In this document: piece by piece, positions 28,209-42,199 of the stretch
Position numbering within the stretch: the stretch's first letter is position 1
Layout: the number at the start of each line of letters is the position of its first letter
Assembly: GCA_964304625.1 (NCBI GenBank)
Contig: OZ199839.1
Location: 7,959,166 to 8,023,165, forward strand
Direction: 5' to 3'
Source: Kudoa neothunni
Taxonomy: Eukaryota; Animalia; Cnidaria
Length of the DNA stretch: 64,000 nt
The notes under the pieces: generated by a model
What the model was told of the DNA's origin: nothing
What the model saw: only the letters and a program-made list of their open reading frames with translations
Database searches by the model: none
Made by a program: the position numbers and the translations under genes

Positions 28209-28555
28209 AGTCTCTATTTAAGAAGGTGGAACTTGAGTATAAATGGACTGGCAATGATTTGAAAATAACAATAAAAATGCGGGTCAGGAGTGATAGAATT
28301 TGCGATGTTACCTTTGTGGAAAAAACCTAAGGAAAGGAAACAAAACTATTTGTTGTACACGACCAAACAAACAGCTGGAGTGAGTCATGAAACTCTATAA
28401 TCATCCATTTTGATGGTCCTGAGTACAAATCAGCCATAGTGATTGTCTAACGCAGATATGACGGTGAGACAGTTGAGTTGGAACTCTTTATTACAGAGCC
28501 GGAAGCTGTCACAGCATTGACAACTGAAATAACTGCTACCGCCACAAGCACCTAG
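28209..28555 (+). pseudogene. Decayed exon of a diverged family-B paralogue
   Basis: After TTTTAG one frame reads SLFKKVELEYKWTGNDLKITIKMRVRSDRICDVTFVEKT*GKETKLFVVHDQTNSWSES*NSIIIHFDGPEYKSAIVIV*RRYDGETVELELF. This aligns to B exon 6 (TWNNTDLIVTTTM..DQICDFTF..DKTTGW..CN..SY..VQARYVSE). Confidence 0.7.
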
Positions 28556-29231
28556 AAATACTTCTTAAAACTTAATTAGTTTTCAAATATCTTTCTCTTT
28601 GACTATCAACTAAATAGTTGACACGTTTTTTTAATTTTTCTTTCGTATTTATGAGAGTGTCTCTTTTTGTCCATAGAATATTATTTTTTATACTAATATA
28701 AAAAATTAAATTAATGTTTGACTGAATATTAATGGAAGTTATTAATTTCTTACATTATAAGTTGTTTTTTCTATTAAACTAAATATTTTTATGAAATAGA
28801 AATTAATATTATTATATTAAAACTAAGAAAATATAAAATATGTTTAAAATAAACTACTTTTAGAACAAAATATAATAATGATCTTAATTAGTAGTTCTAG
28901 AATTTTTAAAGGATTATTAAGTTTACATTTGATTTCTTAATATGTTAATGAAAGAGAAATCTATCATAAATTTAGGAAAAACATCTTTTGTTATCCAAGT
29001 GAAGCGTTCTCACTTTAAAATAATTAATTTTATGACATTAATTATGAGGCAGAAATGGATTTAATTTCGGATTTATTGCCATTTATCGACTCTCAATTGT
29101 ATTGTTGAAATGCTATTCAGTCTCGTAGTTCGTACTTCAATTGTCTTGTTTCGTTCCTATTGTCATCTAGAGTTATTCATTTGTATAATTATTATTAAAA
29201 TTAATAACGCCGTTATAATTAAGAACCAAAA

Positions 29232-31494
29232 ATGTTGGTCATTGCATTGTTAATCATTTCCCTCTGCTATAATGGTAAAATAAGCTGGAAGTGGGATTAT
29301 CTATAATAGATATATTTAGTCCACTCACACAAATACTACGTTCAACGAGATCAAACCGAATTAGAGGATACAATCCATTTAAAACTTGAAGGAGTTTCTG
29401 GAAGTAAATGCAACGTTCAATTGTTGGAAAGAAACGAATTTTTCTATCACTATATTGGCAGTGAATCTGAAGGAAAACAGCTTAAGGATGTCCCTTGTGT
29501 CGGGAAATACACTATTCCAACTGGAGCTGCGTTTCCATTTTATTATGTACAGATAAGATCCGAATATGCAACTGAAACTCTTAAAATAATCCATAGTAAT
29601 TCTATTTTTTGAATATTTTTTCTTAATTTTCTTGTAGTCACTGACAGTATTCCTCAAACTCAATTTAAAGTAAACGAAACCTCATCGAATTCACCACTAA
29701 AAATGTCTGCAGTCATCCTCAAACTTGTAAACTAACAAGTGGTGACAAAGTCCTGGATGAGTTCACTCCAACCGCTGACACCGAATGCAACGCTGAAACC
29801 AAGCTCACGGGTTTTTTTGATTCAATCGGTGATTCAGTCGAACTCTCTTGTGGTATCAACCAGCCAGAAATACACATGTATAGAAAAAATAACAAGGCTA
29901 TGGAATTCAGTCCATTGGACAAACTTCCCTATCACATCGAAAAGATCGGTACTGGAAACGATAAAATAAAAATTGCTTTTGATGAAGATATGAGAGATGA
30001 AATATGCAGATTTGAAATTAAAAATAAAGATGATAATGATTATACATCAAGTTGTTCTGTCTCTACGGATACCACCAATTGCTATCAACTTTGCACAGAC
30101 GTTGTAATGGATTTAAGTACTAGTGATACTTCAAAAAAAGATTTTAAAGTTAGAGTATCGACTAGAAATCATACGGGAGCAGAGAAAACTCTAAGAAGTA
30201 AAATCCTTGTTTAAATAATTTTATTTAAATATCAATTAGTTGACAAAAGTAACCTAAGCGTAGCATCAAAAGAAACCAATGTAACTCTTTCTATCAATGC
30301 TCTTATAGATGATTTTGGGACTGCAACTTGTGCCATTGAGTTGAGAAAGAAGGAATTCCCTAAATTCAATATTGGCGTGAAATGCAATGCCGATTCAACT
30401 AAAGCATGCCCAACTGATTGTTCTAATGCTACTATTCTTGATCTTGAGCCAAATACAAAATATATCGTCAAAGTGACTTACACAAAAAACGATGACAATT
30501 CTAAAACATATATTGCAGAAAAGTTATTTAAAACAGGTAATAAATAAAAATTAATTTATCTAAAATTTAATTAAGCTGACTACAATATAACGCAATTGCC
30601 TGAGATAAAAGCATATTACGAGCACGTAAAAATGACTGTAGCACCGAACGTGGCTCTGTTTGACAGAGGTATACTGTAAAATTCAACAAAAAATGGTGGG
30701 CGAAACTGCTTTCAGTCCATCTGAATGCGAAGAATCGGTTGATTGTTCAGGTTTGTGTGGACAACCACTCACTATTAAAAACCTTTTTCACGATACTGAA
30801 TACGAATTTAAATATTTATTCGGAAAGTACGTTAGTGACCTTGATAAAAACAAGGTGACAGTATCGACAAGTAATGTACAATATTAATTTCTCGATAACA
30901 TTTATTAAGTTGCAACACTTCAAAAAATCAATGTTACCCACACGTGGAATAACACCGATTTGATAGTCACAACAACAATGGAGCAGATGGACCCAGACCA
31001 AATTTGTGATTTTACATTCGCCCAAATAGTGGATGGAGTTGTCAAATACACTTACGGATTATATGATAAAACCACTGGATGGAAGGGAAAATGCAACCAA
31101 GAAATAACCTTTTACAACGCTGCTTCCTACAGAAGGGGCTCAATGAAAGTACAGGCCAGATACGTTAGTGAGCCGATCGTTGTGAGCCTTTGGGCTGGAG
31201 GAAATGAGGATAATTTTGATCCAAACTTTCCAGAAACTGGTAAACAAGGTAAATTGTATTAAATAACCATTAATAATAATCCTTTTTAGGCACTTCGAAT
31301 AGGTAGGATAGTTTTATGTTAGAGTATTCAATTAACTATTAACTTTAATTTAGCGCTAATGTTGGTGGAACCAAAATTCTGTACTATTATCTGTTCCCAT
31401 ACAGCTCTAATGATGATTTAGGTTGATTGTTGGTGGCGTTTTAATGGCACTGATGGTTTTCGCTATTGTTTTCTTGGTTTTGACAAAGAAATAA
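29232..31494 (+). pseudogene. Family B Cys-rich FN3-like type I membrane protein, copy B1 (two 1-nt frameshifts)
   Basis: Exons 29232-29274, 29320-29595, 29638-30197, 30240-30536, 30576-30870, 30910-31248, 31290-31302, 31354-31380, 31422-31494. Relative to B2 it has -1 A at about 29684 and +1 G at about 30668. Confidence 0.8.
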
Positions 31495-33599
31495 ATCATA
31501 TCTCATTATTCCATTGAATGAAATATTATTTGAATTTTTAGTATAATTAGCTAAGAATGAGATTTATGTTTGTGTTAAAATGATACATATTGGGTAATAA
31601 ATGTTCATCGCATTTTATATAAAGACGCGCATCAATTACAATGGTAAATTTTAGTATATTATCAAATATTTGTACCATTTGAATAAAGATAAGAATAAAA
31701 TTAGTGTCACACAAGATTTAATAAATTACATTAGTTTTGTACTATTTCTTTTCTTAAAAATGAAAAATAGAGTTATTTATTAGATAAATAAACACAAATA
31801 TAATTTTTTTGTCATTAAATCTTATAGTTTTTAAAAATTTTAAGAGTATTTTATAGGTATGCTAGTAAATAGGAGGAAACAAATGTTTTTTAATACTTTA
31901 ATTGAAACTAATATTTTACTATTATAAATTTGTTCATGTGATGTAATATTGATAAAATGAAATAAATTGATAACAGTTATTTATATTAATCGTTTGATTT
32001 CCTGGAGTTTTGTAGTACTCAGATTACTTTTTATTAAATGAAGAATTAAAATAAATTTGCATTAAGATAAAAATTCGCGACAAATTTTTATATGTAATAA
32101 ATTAATGGGGATAATTAAAAAAACACCAATATCAATAAAAGTTAATTTTATTGGGCTTGTGCAAGAAATATTACTTGGAATTTATGAAGTTGAATAATAA
32201 AGTTATTATATTTGACTGTGATTACTTTTTACTTAATAAATATTTAATTAATTATCTACAATTTATGGTTAATAATTCTTGATTTTATTTTTGGATATTG
32301 GACCACTAAATTTGAACCTAAATCAAAAATATATATTCATAATATATCAAATAGCCATTATGATCTTAAATAATTATCCCATCAGATAAAAAGAAATAAC
32401 AACGTTCACTATTGGTTTGAGTCACTTTATATATAATGATGTATGAATAGTTGGGTAGATACAAGTTATTTCCTGTTATTACCCACAATAAAACGCAAAT
32501 TATCCCCGCAAAACTACATATGTAAAATCATTCCTATCGCATCATAAAAAGATTATGCATATTTTTGTTAATCAACTTTTTAATTGGTACATGAATTAAT
32601 GATACTTAATTTAGTATTTATATGTATGGAATATTCTCATTTTTATATACAGTCGAACTCCGTTTATCCGAAAATCGCGCTATCCGAATGATTTTTTAAA
32701 ATTTAATATAAAAAAATGTTTAAGTGGTAATGAAAGTTATAGGTCTAAGAAATCAAAATATTAGGAGAAATTCGCTTTCGTGGCAATTGACAGCCTCGAC
32801 ATGGGATTATTCGCTAGCGTGGTAATAGCCACTGCCTAAATTAAATGGGATTAATTTTGAAGAGAAAAATGAGTTAATAATGTATAATGATAGTGCATTG
32901 AACGATACATGCATGCTATATAAAGTATGTGATATAATTATTTAGTTTCATTTTGAATGAATAAAATATTAATTATTAATCCGGTTTTAATGTTATTCCC
33001 AAATCTAAAAATGTTTCTAACTATAGAATTTATCCAGAAACTTAAAAATCAATTGAGAGTGCTTATATTGATAAATTTATCTATTTACTCATTTTAAGAC
33101 ACACGTGTACTACATGAAAATAATATTCGATACAACACTTGAATTTTAAATGACAATAAAAAGATTTAATGTTAGCCCATAAATTGTTGGTTTTCATAAC
33201 ATCAATTATTACGGCTTTGTAAACTTATCGCCTAGTTTAAAAACGATAAATATTTTAACGTATCTAAAAATTACTTTGAATATTAAATATGTGTAGTTTT
33301 AACTGATAAAATGATTTTCAACCTATAATCAGATAAAACAACCTAAACAAATAAGATTTATTATTACATTTAAATATAATTAATCGAATATTGAAAAAAT
33401 TGGATTTTAGTTTTCCCATAATAAATGATATAGAATAAAGACAGAAACAATTTTCGAAATAATAAATATGCATGAAAATACATATTCAGATTTTAAAAGT
33501 TATAGCTGAAGAAATACAATAGATAATTAATATCTATGATATTAATACTGTCTTTAAATCGAACGTCAGCTTGTGAAAGCATTCTTCTAAAATAAAAAT

Positions 33600-36466
33600 C
33601 TAGTTTTTATTTTTCCAGTATCCGAAATAGAATCCCACACCAACAACAATGATGAGCACTGGAACTACTACAGCAATAATTCTAAAATAGTTGATTAACA
33701 AGATATCATTATCAATAAGTACATTGTATTTTTCGACCTAAAATAAATAAATAAGCATTCAAAAATTTTATTTTACATGGATTTATTTGATTCATCATCT
33801 AATCGAAATATCAGAAATAATGACCAATAATATTCATTCAATTACCTTTCTGGATCTCGACAAAACCAGTGATATTGTTATCCGTGCTATGATACAACAT
33901 TAAACGGTAATTGTTGGTGTTATCCACATTTGAAATTGTAAATTCCTTGCATGATGGAAAAACAGAACAACCTTGTTCACCAGTTGCCATGCATTTTTGG
34001 ACGATTGGTTTGGTTGGATCATCCCAATTTTTCAATTCCCATTTGCATAACGACTGTTCATCAACGCCTGTAGGAAGAGAAGTTTTAACTTTTATGTTAT
34101 CGCCTTCTCTTGTAAACACCACAGTTAATTTGATTGGATTATTAGTGGCGGTAGGCTGTGGATCTAAATTAAAATTTAATTAAAATATGAACGATATGAA
34201 TTTAGAATTAGATGTTTTATTACTTATGGGTACTTGGATGGTAGTTTCTGCAGATCTGCCAACAGCCGTAACTAAAACTTCATATTCCTTGTCTGCTTCG
34301 TATCCTTCCTTGAATATAATTTCAGTGCATAATGGCGGTTGTGCACATGGAGTGATTTCTTTTTTTTTATTTGAAGATGGCACATTCTGTGGTTGCTGTC
34401 TATTAGTTGCCCTAGATACCGTTATTTTAGATGGTTTAGATACGGAAGAAGGTGTCCCAATCTTTGTTGTAGAAGTCGGTGGTGGGCACTGATAGACCAA
34501 TTCGGATTCTTGCCCTTTTTTTACGTTTACTTTATAGTGACAAAAAGCTGTAGGATATGGTGTTGACAGTACACCTGTCACTTTGAAGCCTTTTTCTATA
34601 AATTCCGATTGTAGTGTGAGCGTTGACAAAGCTTGGAACAATATTAGATATATAATTCGAGATCAATTATTTATATACTCGTTGTAATTTTGTATTCTTT
34701 TTCTCCATAATCCTTATGTGCAACAACCTTTAGGTCATATTCAGTTCCAGGCATTAACCCAATAATTTTTTGAGAATCCTTGCAAAAACCCCTGCAAGGA
34801 TAACTATCTTCGCACATTGCACACACATATCCATCCTTTCCATGAGGGCTTATGTAGTAAGCACAAGTTTTGTCGGATTTTGTGATTGTTCCGCTTTCTC
34901 CTATTGCTTTAATTGATGCAGTTGTATCCGTTACTGTTGGAGTTGTTTCAGAAAAGGTTGGACCAGATTTCTTTGCTATATATTTATTTTAAACAATATT
35001 TTTTTCGATTATATTACCTGTTCGAAAGAATATATGTTCTTTAAAATCATTAGACATACCATTCGAATTCGGGGCTGCAATTTTAAGAATATATGGTTTT
35101 CCACTATCCAATCCTGTAATCGTAAATGCAGCACCACAATTCGCCTCACAGTCTATTTGGCCAGTTCCGCATTTTGCCTTTGCATCAACTGCAGGTTTAG
35201 GTTTGTCTGCCTCATAAAAAGTTACAGTACAAGTAGCAAATCTAGGTTCATTTTCTGGTTGAAAAAACGGAACATGTAGCTTAACACCAGTAAGTGAGTG
35301 TGTTGACAATAAGGTAGGATCGGCAGATTCTGTGATAACTATAAGAAGAATATAAATAAATAAAGCTTCATGTAATACCAAATTTTTTCTGAACATATCC
35401 GTCAAACGTGACGTCATTGATGGTCAATGGTAGATGTCTAGTTTGAATCAATATTTCAACAATAGATTTGGAGTCTTCAAATACGAGCTCAACATTATTA
35501 CAAGGTGCATAACATTTATTCGTCGATCCACACACTGATTTGTATTCATTGTTACTTGCGGATGCTAACACTTCTCTTACACTGAAAAGACATATTTCAA
35601 ACGGAAATTTGTTTGTAAACTTTAGCATATACTTTGTCTTCACATTCGAACTATAGGTCACGTAATATTGTGGCTGATAAACATCAAAATTTAATAGGGT
35701 GTATTTATTTTGTAGGTTGTAAAAGAAGCTGGGATAATTATCGCATTTCATTTCGTAATGTGGAATCATCAAGTTAAACTCCATTTCACTTTCAATATTT
35801 GTAATGCCACTTCCCCCAGTTGTTCCCTCATCATATTTCACGCCCTTGTAAAATATGGGACATTTCACCGAGTTACAAGTTTTGGTGCTAAATTTCAGTT
35901 TTTGGTCTTTTTTTGTTATTGTAACTTCCGGATTGACCAATAATGCTAAGTGAAATTTACTGTAAATATCTGATGCTTCAATTACGCAACTCTAATCCAA
36001 ATACAACCCCACGATTATTTTTTGCTGCAGCGGTTGCTGCTGTATTATCCGTAAAAACGGCAATATACTTTGTTTTCGGAGAAAACTTGTCAAAACCAAG
36101 CTTATTTCCACTTCTTGAGCATGCCCAAACACATTGGTTAGTATTTGTTCCTTCAACATCACCAGGGCATTCGTTAATTTCAACAAGGTCAGTGTTTTCA
36201 GTATTAGATTTTTTGATATGGCAATTTTTCCCCGAAACATAATTATTTCCACCTAATATCAAATTAACCTCTAATTGATTATTCTGTTTCAAAAGTTTGT
36301 ATTTTAAAGTATTTTCAGTATCAGCTGAATTTGGAGCATCTCGTTGGGCCACTTCTGTACTCATGAGCGGAGTGGAGGCTATATATAATTAGTTATATTT
36401 TTTGTGATTTTTATATATACATGAGAGGAAAGTGAAAATTCCTAAAAGGTAGACAAAGTCTTTCAT
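33600..36466 (-). CDS. Family A type I membrane protein, copy A4 (intact, about 822 aa)
   Basis: Minus-strand exons 36466-36421, 36378-35986, 35945-35379, 35338-35018, 34975-34679, 34631-34224, 34163-33846, 33798-33777, 33737-33723, 33681-33600. These give an open 2469-nt frame from signal peptide to TM and WKNKN*. Confidence 0.9.
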
Positions 36467-37145
36467 TATATTTTGCAAAAGATAAAAACGATAGCTGTCG
36501 TTCAATATGAAACTCAAAAAGTTGATCGGATTATAATTCATATATTATATGTATACCCAGAATTAATGTTCGTCTTTAAACCAATGAAGCATCAATGCAA
36601 ATATTCCGGAAATACTAATTCATCTTAACAATTATTTTGACGGACAGTAATTTATTATCCTGAATATTAATTTAAAGTAATATTACGAAAATGAGAAACA
36701 TTCATAATATCAGAAGGAAATCCAACCTCAACTTTATCCCACACCATATATATCCATTCACACATTTCCAATAAAAAAGAAGAGAGGATATAATGTTTCC
36801 ATGAAATTGATAATTTTATTAAGTTTCGTAATCTTGGGAAATATTTTAAACAAAGTTCGATTGTTTTTGTGTACGTAAAAAATGTCTTGTCAATTCCAAC
36901 GTATAGGCTCCATTAGATTATAAAGTAACTCAAACGTTAAATTCTACAAAATTTATTTTCTTAAAAAGGGTAAAATTAATCTTCCTTTTATGTATAACCG
37001 GTAAGACAATTTTATATAAATCTATTAGAATATTCATAAAAAGCGTACTAAAAATTTGAACAAATATCTGTCCCCGAGCTTTTTTGAATATCTTATGAAA
37101 TATTTTGTAGCATAATAATTTTTTACTTGTTGATGATTATTAATT

Positions 37146-37505
37146 ACTAGCGCAAAAGTCCCGCTTCTCTCGGGCTTCTTTGCCCAACCCAGTTAGGCTA
37201 TGGTCTTTTAGAGTTCAAATTTAATGAAGTGTGCTTAGATAAATGGCACAAATATTACACCAAAAAATTAAATCTAATAGATTAACAAATGAACATAATC
37301 TTATTTTGTAGCGTTATAATAAACTTTTAGGAATTTTACATATGGTATACCATAAAATAATCCCTATTTAAATAGCACAAAAGTTACTCCAGACTTTATA
37401 TAATATTAGTTTGATTCTATCAATATGATGCAGTCTTATTGATATAAGTATTAAATGTACATACACCTAAGGACACAAGAACTATATATATATATATATA
37501 TATAG
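37146..37505 (+). mobile_element. Non-autonomous Helitron-like (Lep1-type ends) element
   Basis: Starts ACTAGCGC...CCCG...CGGG hairpin and ends GGACAC...(TA)nG. A similar start occurs at 8516. Confidence 0.45.
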
Positions 37506-39698
37506 TCGATAGCATTAATACTGAGCTTTTCTCAGGGTTAGAATAACAGTTTACAGAGGCTCAATATTTTAGTTTTTAGGCGACATAATTTTATTAGAAT
37601 TAAGGCAGGCAAAACGCTAAAAATTGTAATAATAACAACAACATTGAATAGTAACACAGAAGTATAAGGGTTTTTATATAAAAAAGTAGTTTCGAAAAAA
37701 TTTGTTTAGGTTTCCTTTAAATAATTTGAGGGTAGGATATGAAAAATCATTTGAATATGAAATATGATGAAGAATAAGTTGATTGTAAGGTATAATGCAT
37801 ATATTTATTGTGGAATATGAAGAATACGTAGATTGTAGAATACGAATGAAAAATCAATTGGATTTCGCGTAATACGTTAATCGAATGTGAAGGAGGGAGG
37901 GGAGGAGGATGAAGAAAGAAGGGATTTGCAAATTATGAAGAATTCAGTATAAATAATATTAAAAAAACAGATTACAAAATTAAAAACAACACTCAAAGAA
38001 ACACGTAAGAAGAATGACAGCACTTAAAAGTAGCCATGATAAATCATTAGGTCAAACGTACCAAAAAAAGAGAGAGCAAAGGAAAGTAGATAGAAGAAAA
38101 ATATGCTACGCCAACTGTATCGAACATCCAGAAAAACAGCGTCGAAAGACACCGAAAAGTTGATGGAAACACATTACGTCATTAGAATATCAGTTCCATC
38201 AAAAAGAAAACAAATGAAACGTTTGGTAGAATAAAATGTGCCATGTCTAGAATTCTACCATAAAGAATGTTATTAAAGTAGCGCTAGTGGTAAAAATACT
38301 CATGACGTTGAATGTTTATAAACATGAGAAGAGTTAAGGTTTCTTGAGTTTTCATGAAAATTTGTCGGCTATACGAATCCCAGCTTGAAAGAGACATAAC
38401 ATGAAATGATACCAGTATTTTGAACAAGCATAACGGTTATTTAGGCTCTAAAATATAATTATTCAGTTGCATATTTCAAAAAGATCTTATCTTAAGAATG
38501 TTTCGGTTAGTATCCACGTCTACCGAATAAATTATACCGAAAAATAGAAGTCAGTAGTTATTCAGATTGAAAAAATTATCTGAAAAAGTAAAAAGTTAGT
38601 AAGCATGTTTGTCCGACCATTAAAGAAAGCTAATTGCATTAATGACCCTTTAAATTGAATTTGAGGACATATTTTGTATCAACTATACCTATATAATGAG
38701 TTAAAGAATAAATCAAGATTATGGCACATAATCACTCTCTTCGCTTAGGTAGTTGAAAGTCATTTTTACCTTTAAAATGAATTTAAATAGAGCTGAGTGA
38801 TAAGAAAAATATTGCTCAAAAAAGGAAAAACTATCAATATTCTACATGTATGTTTATTCTTCTTAAAATAAAGAAATCGAAGCCAATGAGGAATTGCTAG
38901 AATATTTTAAACATTAAACAATTAGGATAATAAGTAAAGTTAATTAATGCCAACATAATTTTTGTCAATCAAATGAGTTTAGCTCTACTCTTGAATTTAA
39001 CAGAATCGCAATTTGAAAAATTAAAGTGAACCTTATTCATTAAAATCTGCTCTTATCTTGTTACAAACAAGATTTCTCCTTAGGTTTCGCAGAAGAAACA
39101 TAACTTTATTTGTTAAAAGTCGTAAATTAAGAAAAATCTTTAAAAGCACGATTATTTTTTATATTTAAGTGAAACATTCGTAGCATGTCTTTTAAAAAAT
39201 ACATCCGTTAGTATTTATAAAACTCATAAAAGTAAATTAAGCTTAATATAATTAATTAATTATACATCATTATAAAAGTATACGACCAATTTATTCGCCA
39301 GTTTACAGGTGATCTACGAAAAATTCTAGTTCTATCACCCGCCTATCCTCAAAAATAAGAGTCTATTTGACCTTTATATTGAACCTCAATGGGCTAAATT
39401 ATTAATTTTTTATAATGTTAAACGTATTATAAGGAAAAGATGCGACATATATATAAGTTAGTAAAATTAACCAATCAAAGTTATTCCTATATGTATTGGT
39501 CGAGACAATTCACTAAAACACGTCTCGAATCTCTGTTTTAATGCGGATGACAAAATTAAATTAGCTATTGTGGGAACTCTTAAATATTAATGCTCTAATG
39601 AAGACACTTTTAATTGTAACTGTCCAACGTTTTATATGATAAGTAATTAATAGTCGTAATATATTATTACTCCCTTCATAGTATATAATGGAGGCTAA

Positions 39699-41986
39699 CC
39701 CTCTGGGACCATGGGGGATCTTTCGAGACCCAATTTTTCTTAAATCTGTGTTTTTACACATCAAAATTCTAAATTCTAGCTTATAGGTTCGTATGATCTC
39801 CTATAATTATGTCAAGTTTGTTTATATTAACTTTCGTAAAAAAGAGACGGCATATATTCTGGTAAAAAATGTGTTCAATGTGTCGTCGGTTTATTAACAC
39901 GCCTTAAAAACCATGCTTAAAGCGTAATATCAAATATTATCTTATTATATCGACATAAAGTAACTATAATGATACGAATGAATAAAAAATACAAGGATAA
40001 CGTTATAGTTTTGATTTCCCTCATGTTGTATAATAGGATTCCGATGATGTCAAAGGATAGTTCTAGGGATTCACGTTAATACTTACCAAAACGTGTTAAT
40101 TTTCAATAATTAAGGACGGTATCATATTTTTGATGTTTTTATAGCTTTAATAAATGTTATCATTAATTTAAATATGATTCTTCAATTTTTCCTAGAATGC
40201 CTGTACATATTTTCTTTCTATATGCAGTATTATCATAATGGATTAAATTATGCAATTTCGATTCAGTGTTGCAAACCGTGTCCGATATTTTCCATGTCGT
40301 ATTTTGTCCGATTTTTACTCTTGTTCTTCGAAAGACTGAATAATCGCAAAACAAAGTTTCAAAGATACGGAATTTTTGTAAATTCACAAAGAATGGAATC
40401 TAATCGTTGCTGATTTCATTACGAGAAATCTTCGAGCAGAAAATTTTATACTTGGAACAATGCTTTATTCCAAATTAAAATGTCTGCAATAGAAGTTCAC
40501 CAAGCACAAGATACAATTAAGAATTTTAATAATTCTTAAAGCTCACGTAATACAAAAATTGAGCTTAGAAAAACATGCCAAAAATTTATCAAAATGAACA
40601 CATTTCTAAGTTTTATATTCCTGTTAAGACCAATATTTTGGATTTTTTACCATTATTACCGGCAATACACAGTTTTATCATGACCATGAACCATTTTGGA
40701 ATTATTACGAAGAGATTTTTGTGCTTGAATTTAAAAAGGACTGATGATGGTGATGGTGATGGTGATATCCAATTGTAATTTATCATTACAAGTGTTTGTT
40801 ATCAATTTTCAAAAGATTCTAATTTTAGGTATTACCTAAAAAAATGAAAATTTAACTAAATATTAACTACTTGATTAATTTTTCTTTATTTTGATGAATG
40901 AATGGACGCACATAAAAATGAAAACTCATCTAGGTATAGTTGTTACGTAAAATTCAAATGTCGAACGATAGACTGTAATAGAATTGTTTGAAATTAAAGG
41001 GATTGAATAGGCTCAAAAACAAAGTTTGTTTGACTAAATCATTACCAATCGCCTTTTTCGCCATTGTTTATCGGCAAATAAATTTAGATTCTATCGGAAA
41101 ATACTGCACATCGTTATTTCCTCTAGCTCCGATTAACGGTTCTCCGGAAAAAGTATTTTCTCCTCTGGAATTATCGAAATTATCACGAAAAATTGAATAT
41201 TGTTCTTTACATTAGATAATCTTGTACTAATGAGGAATTTTCTCAACACATTGACAAAATGATGTCATAAATTTGAGGTTTCTGAGTTAATTATAAATTA
41301 ACGTAATATTTATACATATAATTAAATGTTAGTTCCTTCTTTACAAAAAACCTGATTTTGTCCGGCAAAAATTTTGCTGTATGTCCAATTTGGGTTGGCA
41401 ATGCTGTTTCGATTCATCTTAAAATATTTAATTAGTGTGGCGCAAAAGTAATTGAATGAAGAAAAGAATATATTAATTTTGAGTAAATATAACTTTATAA
41501 GAAAACCCCAAAAGTAAACATTAATTAAAACTTGGACTATAACATACATTTTTATTCCGTGCAGTGAATTAGATCAAATATAATCCATCAATCAACGTAG
41601 AGACTACCGAGGTCAACTGTGTGTATAACCCACGGGATGCATTATCGTTCGTGTTATTATTTGCGAAAAGAATATCCATGAAGCATTTATTTTATTTCCT
41701 ATCGATCTAAAAGAATTTTAAGTATTTGTGTCTATCTTGTAACTTAGCAATAAGATAGATTGTAAGATATTATGTTGGTAATTCTTATTGAAATGTTCTT
41801 GAAATTTCCTATTGATTCACTTATTAATTTTATTATTCGGATATCATTTTTAATAGTCATAAATATATTATTTAGAAATTTAAAAAATTAAGAGAAAATA
41901 CAATCGTTATCATAGAAAACTTCTGGGGTACCTGAGGTACCACCATGGTCACACGCGTAAGTTTTTTGAACACGGTCCTTCGAGGG
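39699..41986. mobile_element. Non-autonomous piggyBac-like element with nested relics
   Basis: CTAA|CCCTCTGGGACCATG ... CACGGTCCTTCGAGGG|TTAA imperfect TIRs. It contains a segment (about 41000-41406) similar to about 46340-46742. Confidence 0.55.
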
Positions 41987-42199
41987 TTAATGGATATAGG
42001 ATCCGTGACATTAGCTATATATCATAGAATAAAATGACTATAAATACATACAATGTGTAAGTTTAAATAAATTATTTTTTTACAGATATTAATATTATTA
42101 AAAATTTACATATAAGCTTCCATCAAGAAAAAAATTCTCCACCCATGCGTAATTGCCTAAACGAACAAACACACACACGGACATTATTACTTTATATAT

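Larger units (their letters stand above)
18890..31893 (+). repeat. Segmental duplication, copy 1 (3' end of A gene + TE cluster + B gene)
   Basis: Collinear with about 49840-61828 (initial offset 30950), sharing the same hAT MITE, piggyBac, Merlin and hAT insertions. Confidence 0.9.

Noticed and set aside
28328-28450. Stops at Gln/Cys positions suggesting an alternative genetic code
   Set aside because: A genes end in TAG and B genes in TAA right after the TM, and intact exons contain no in-frame stops. Pseudogene decay is the simpler explanation.
38014-39100. Possible decayed ORF
   Set aside because: Many stops and no recognisable motif; it cannot be assigned.
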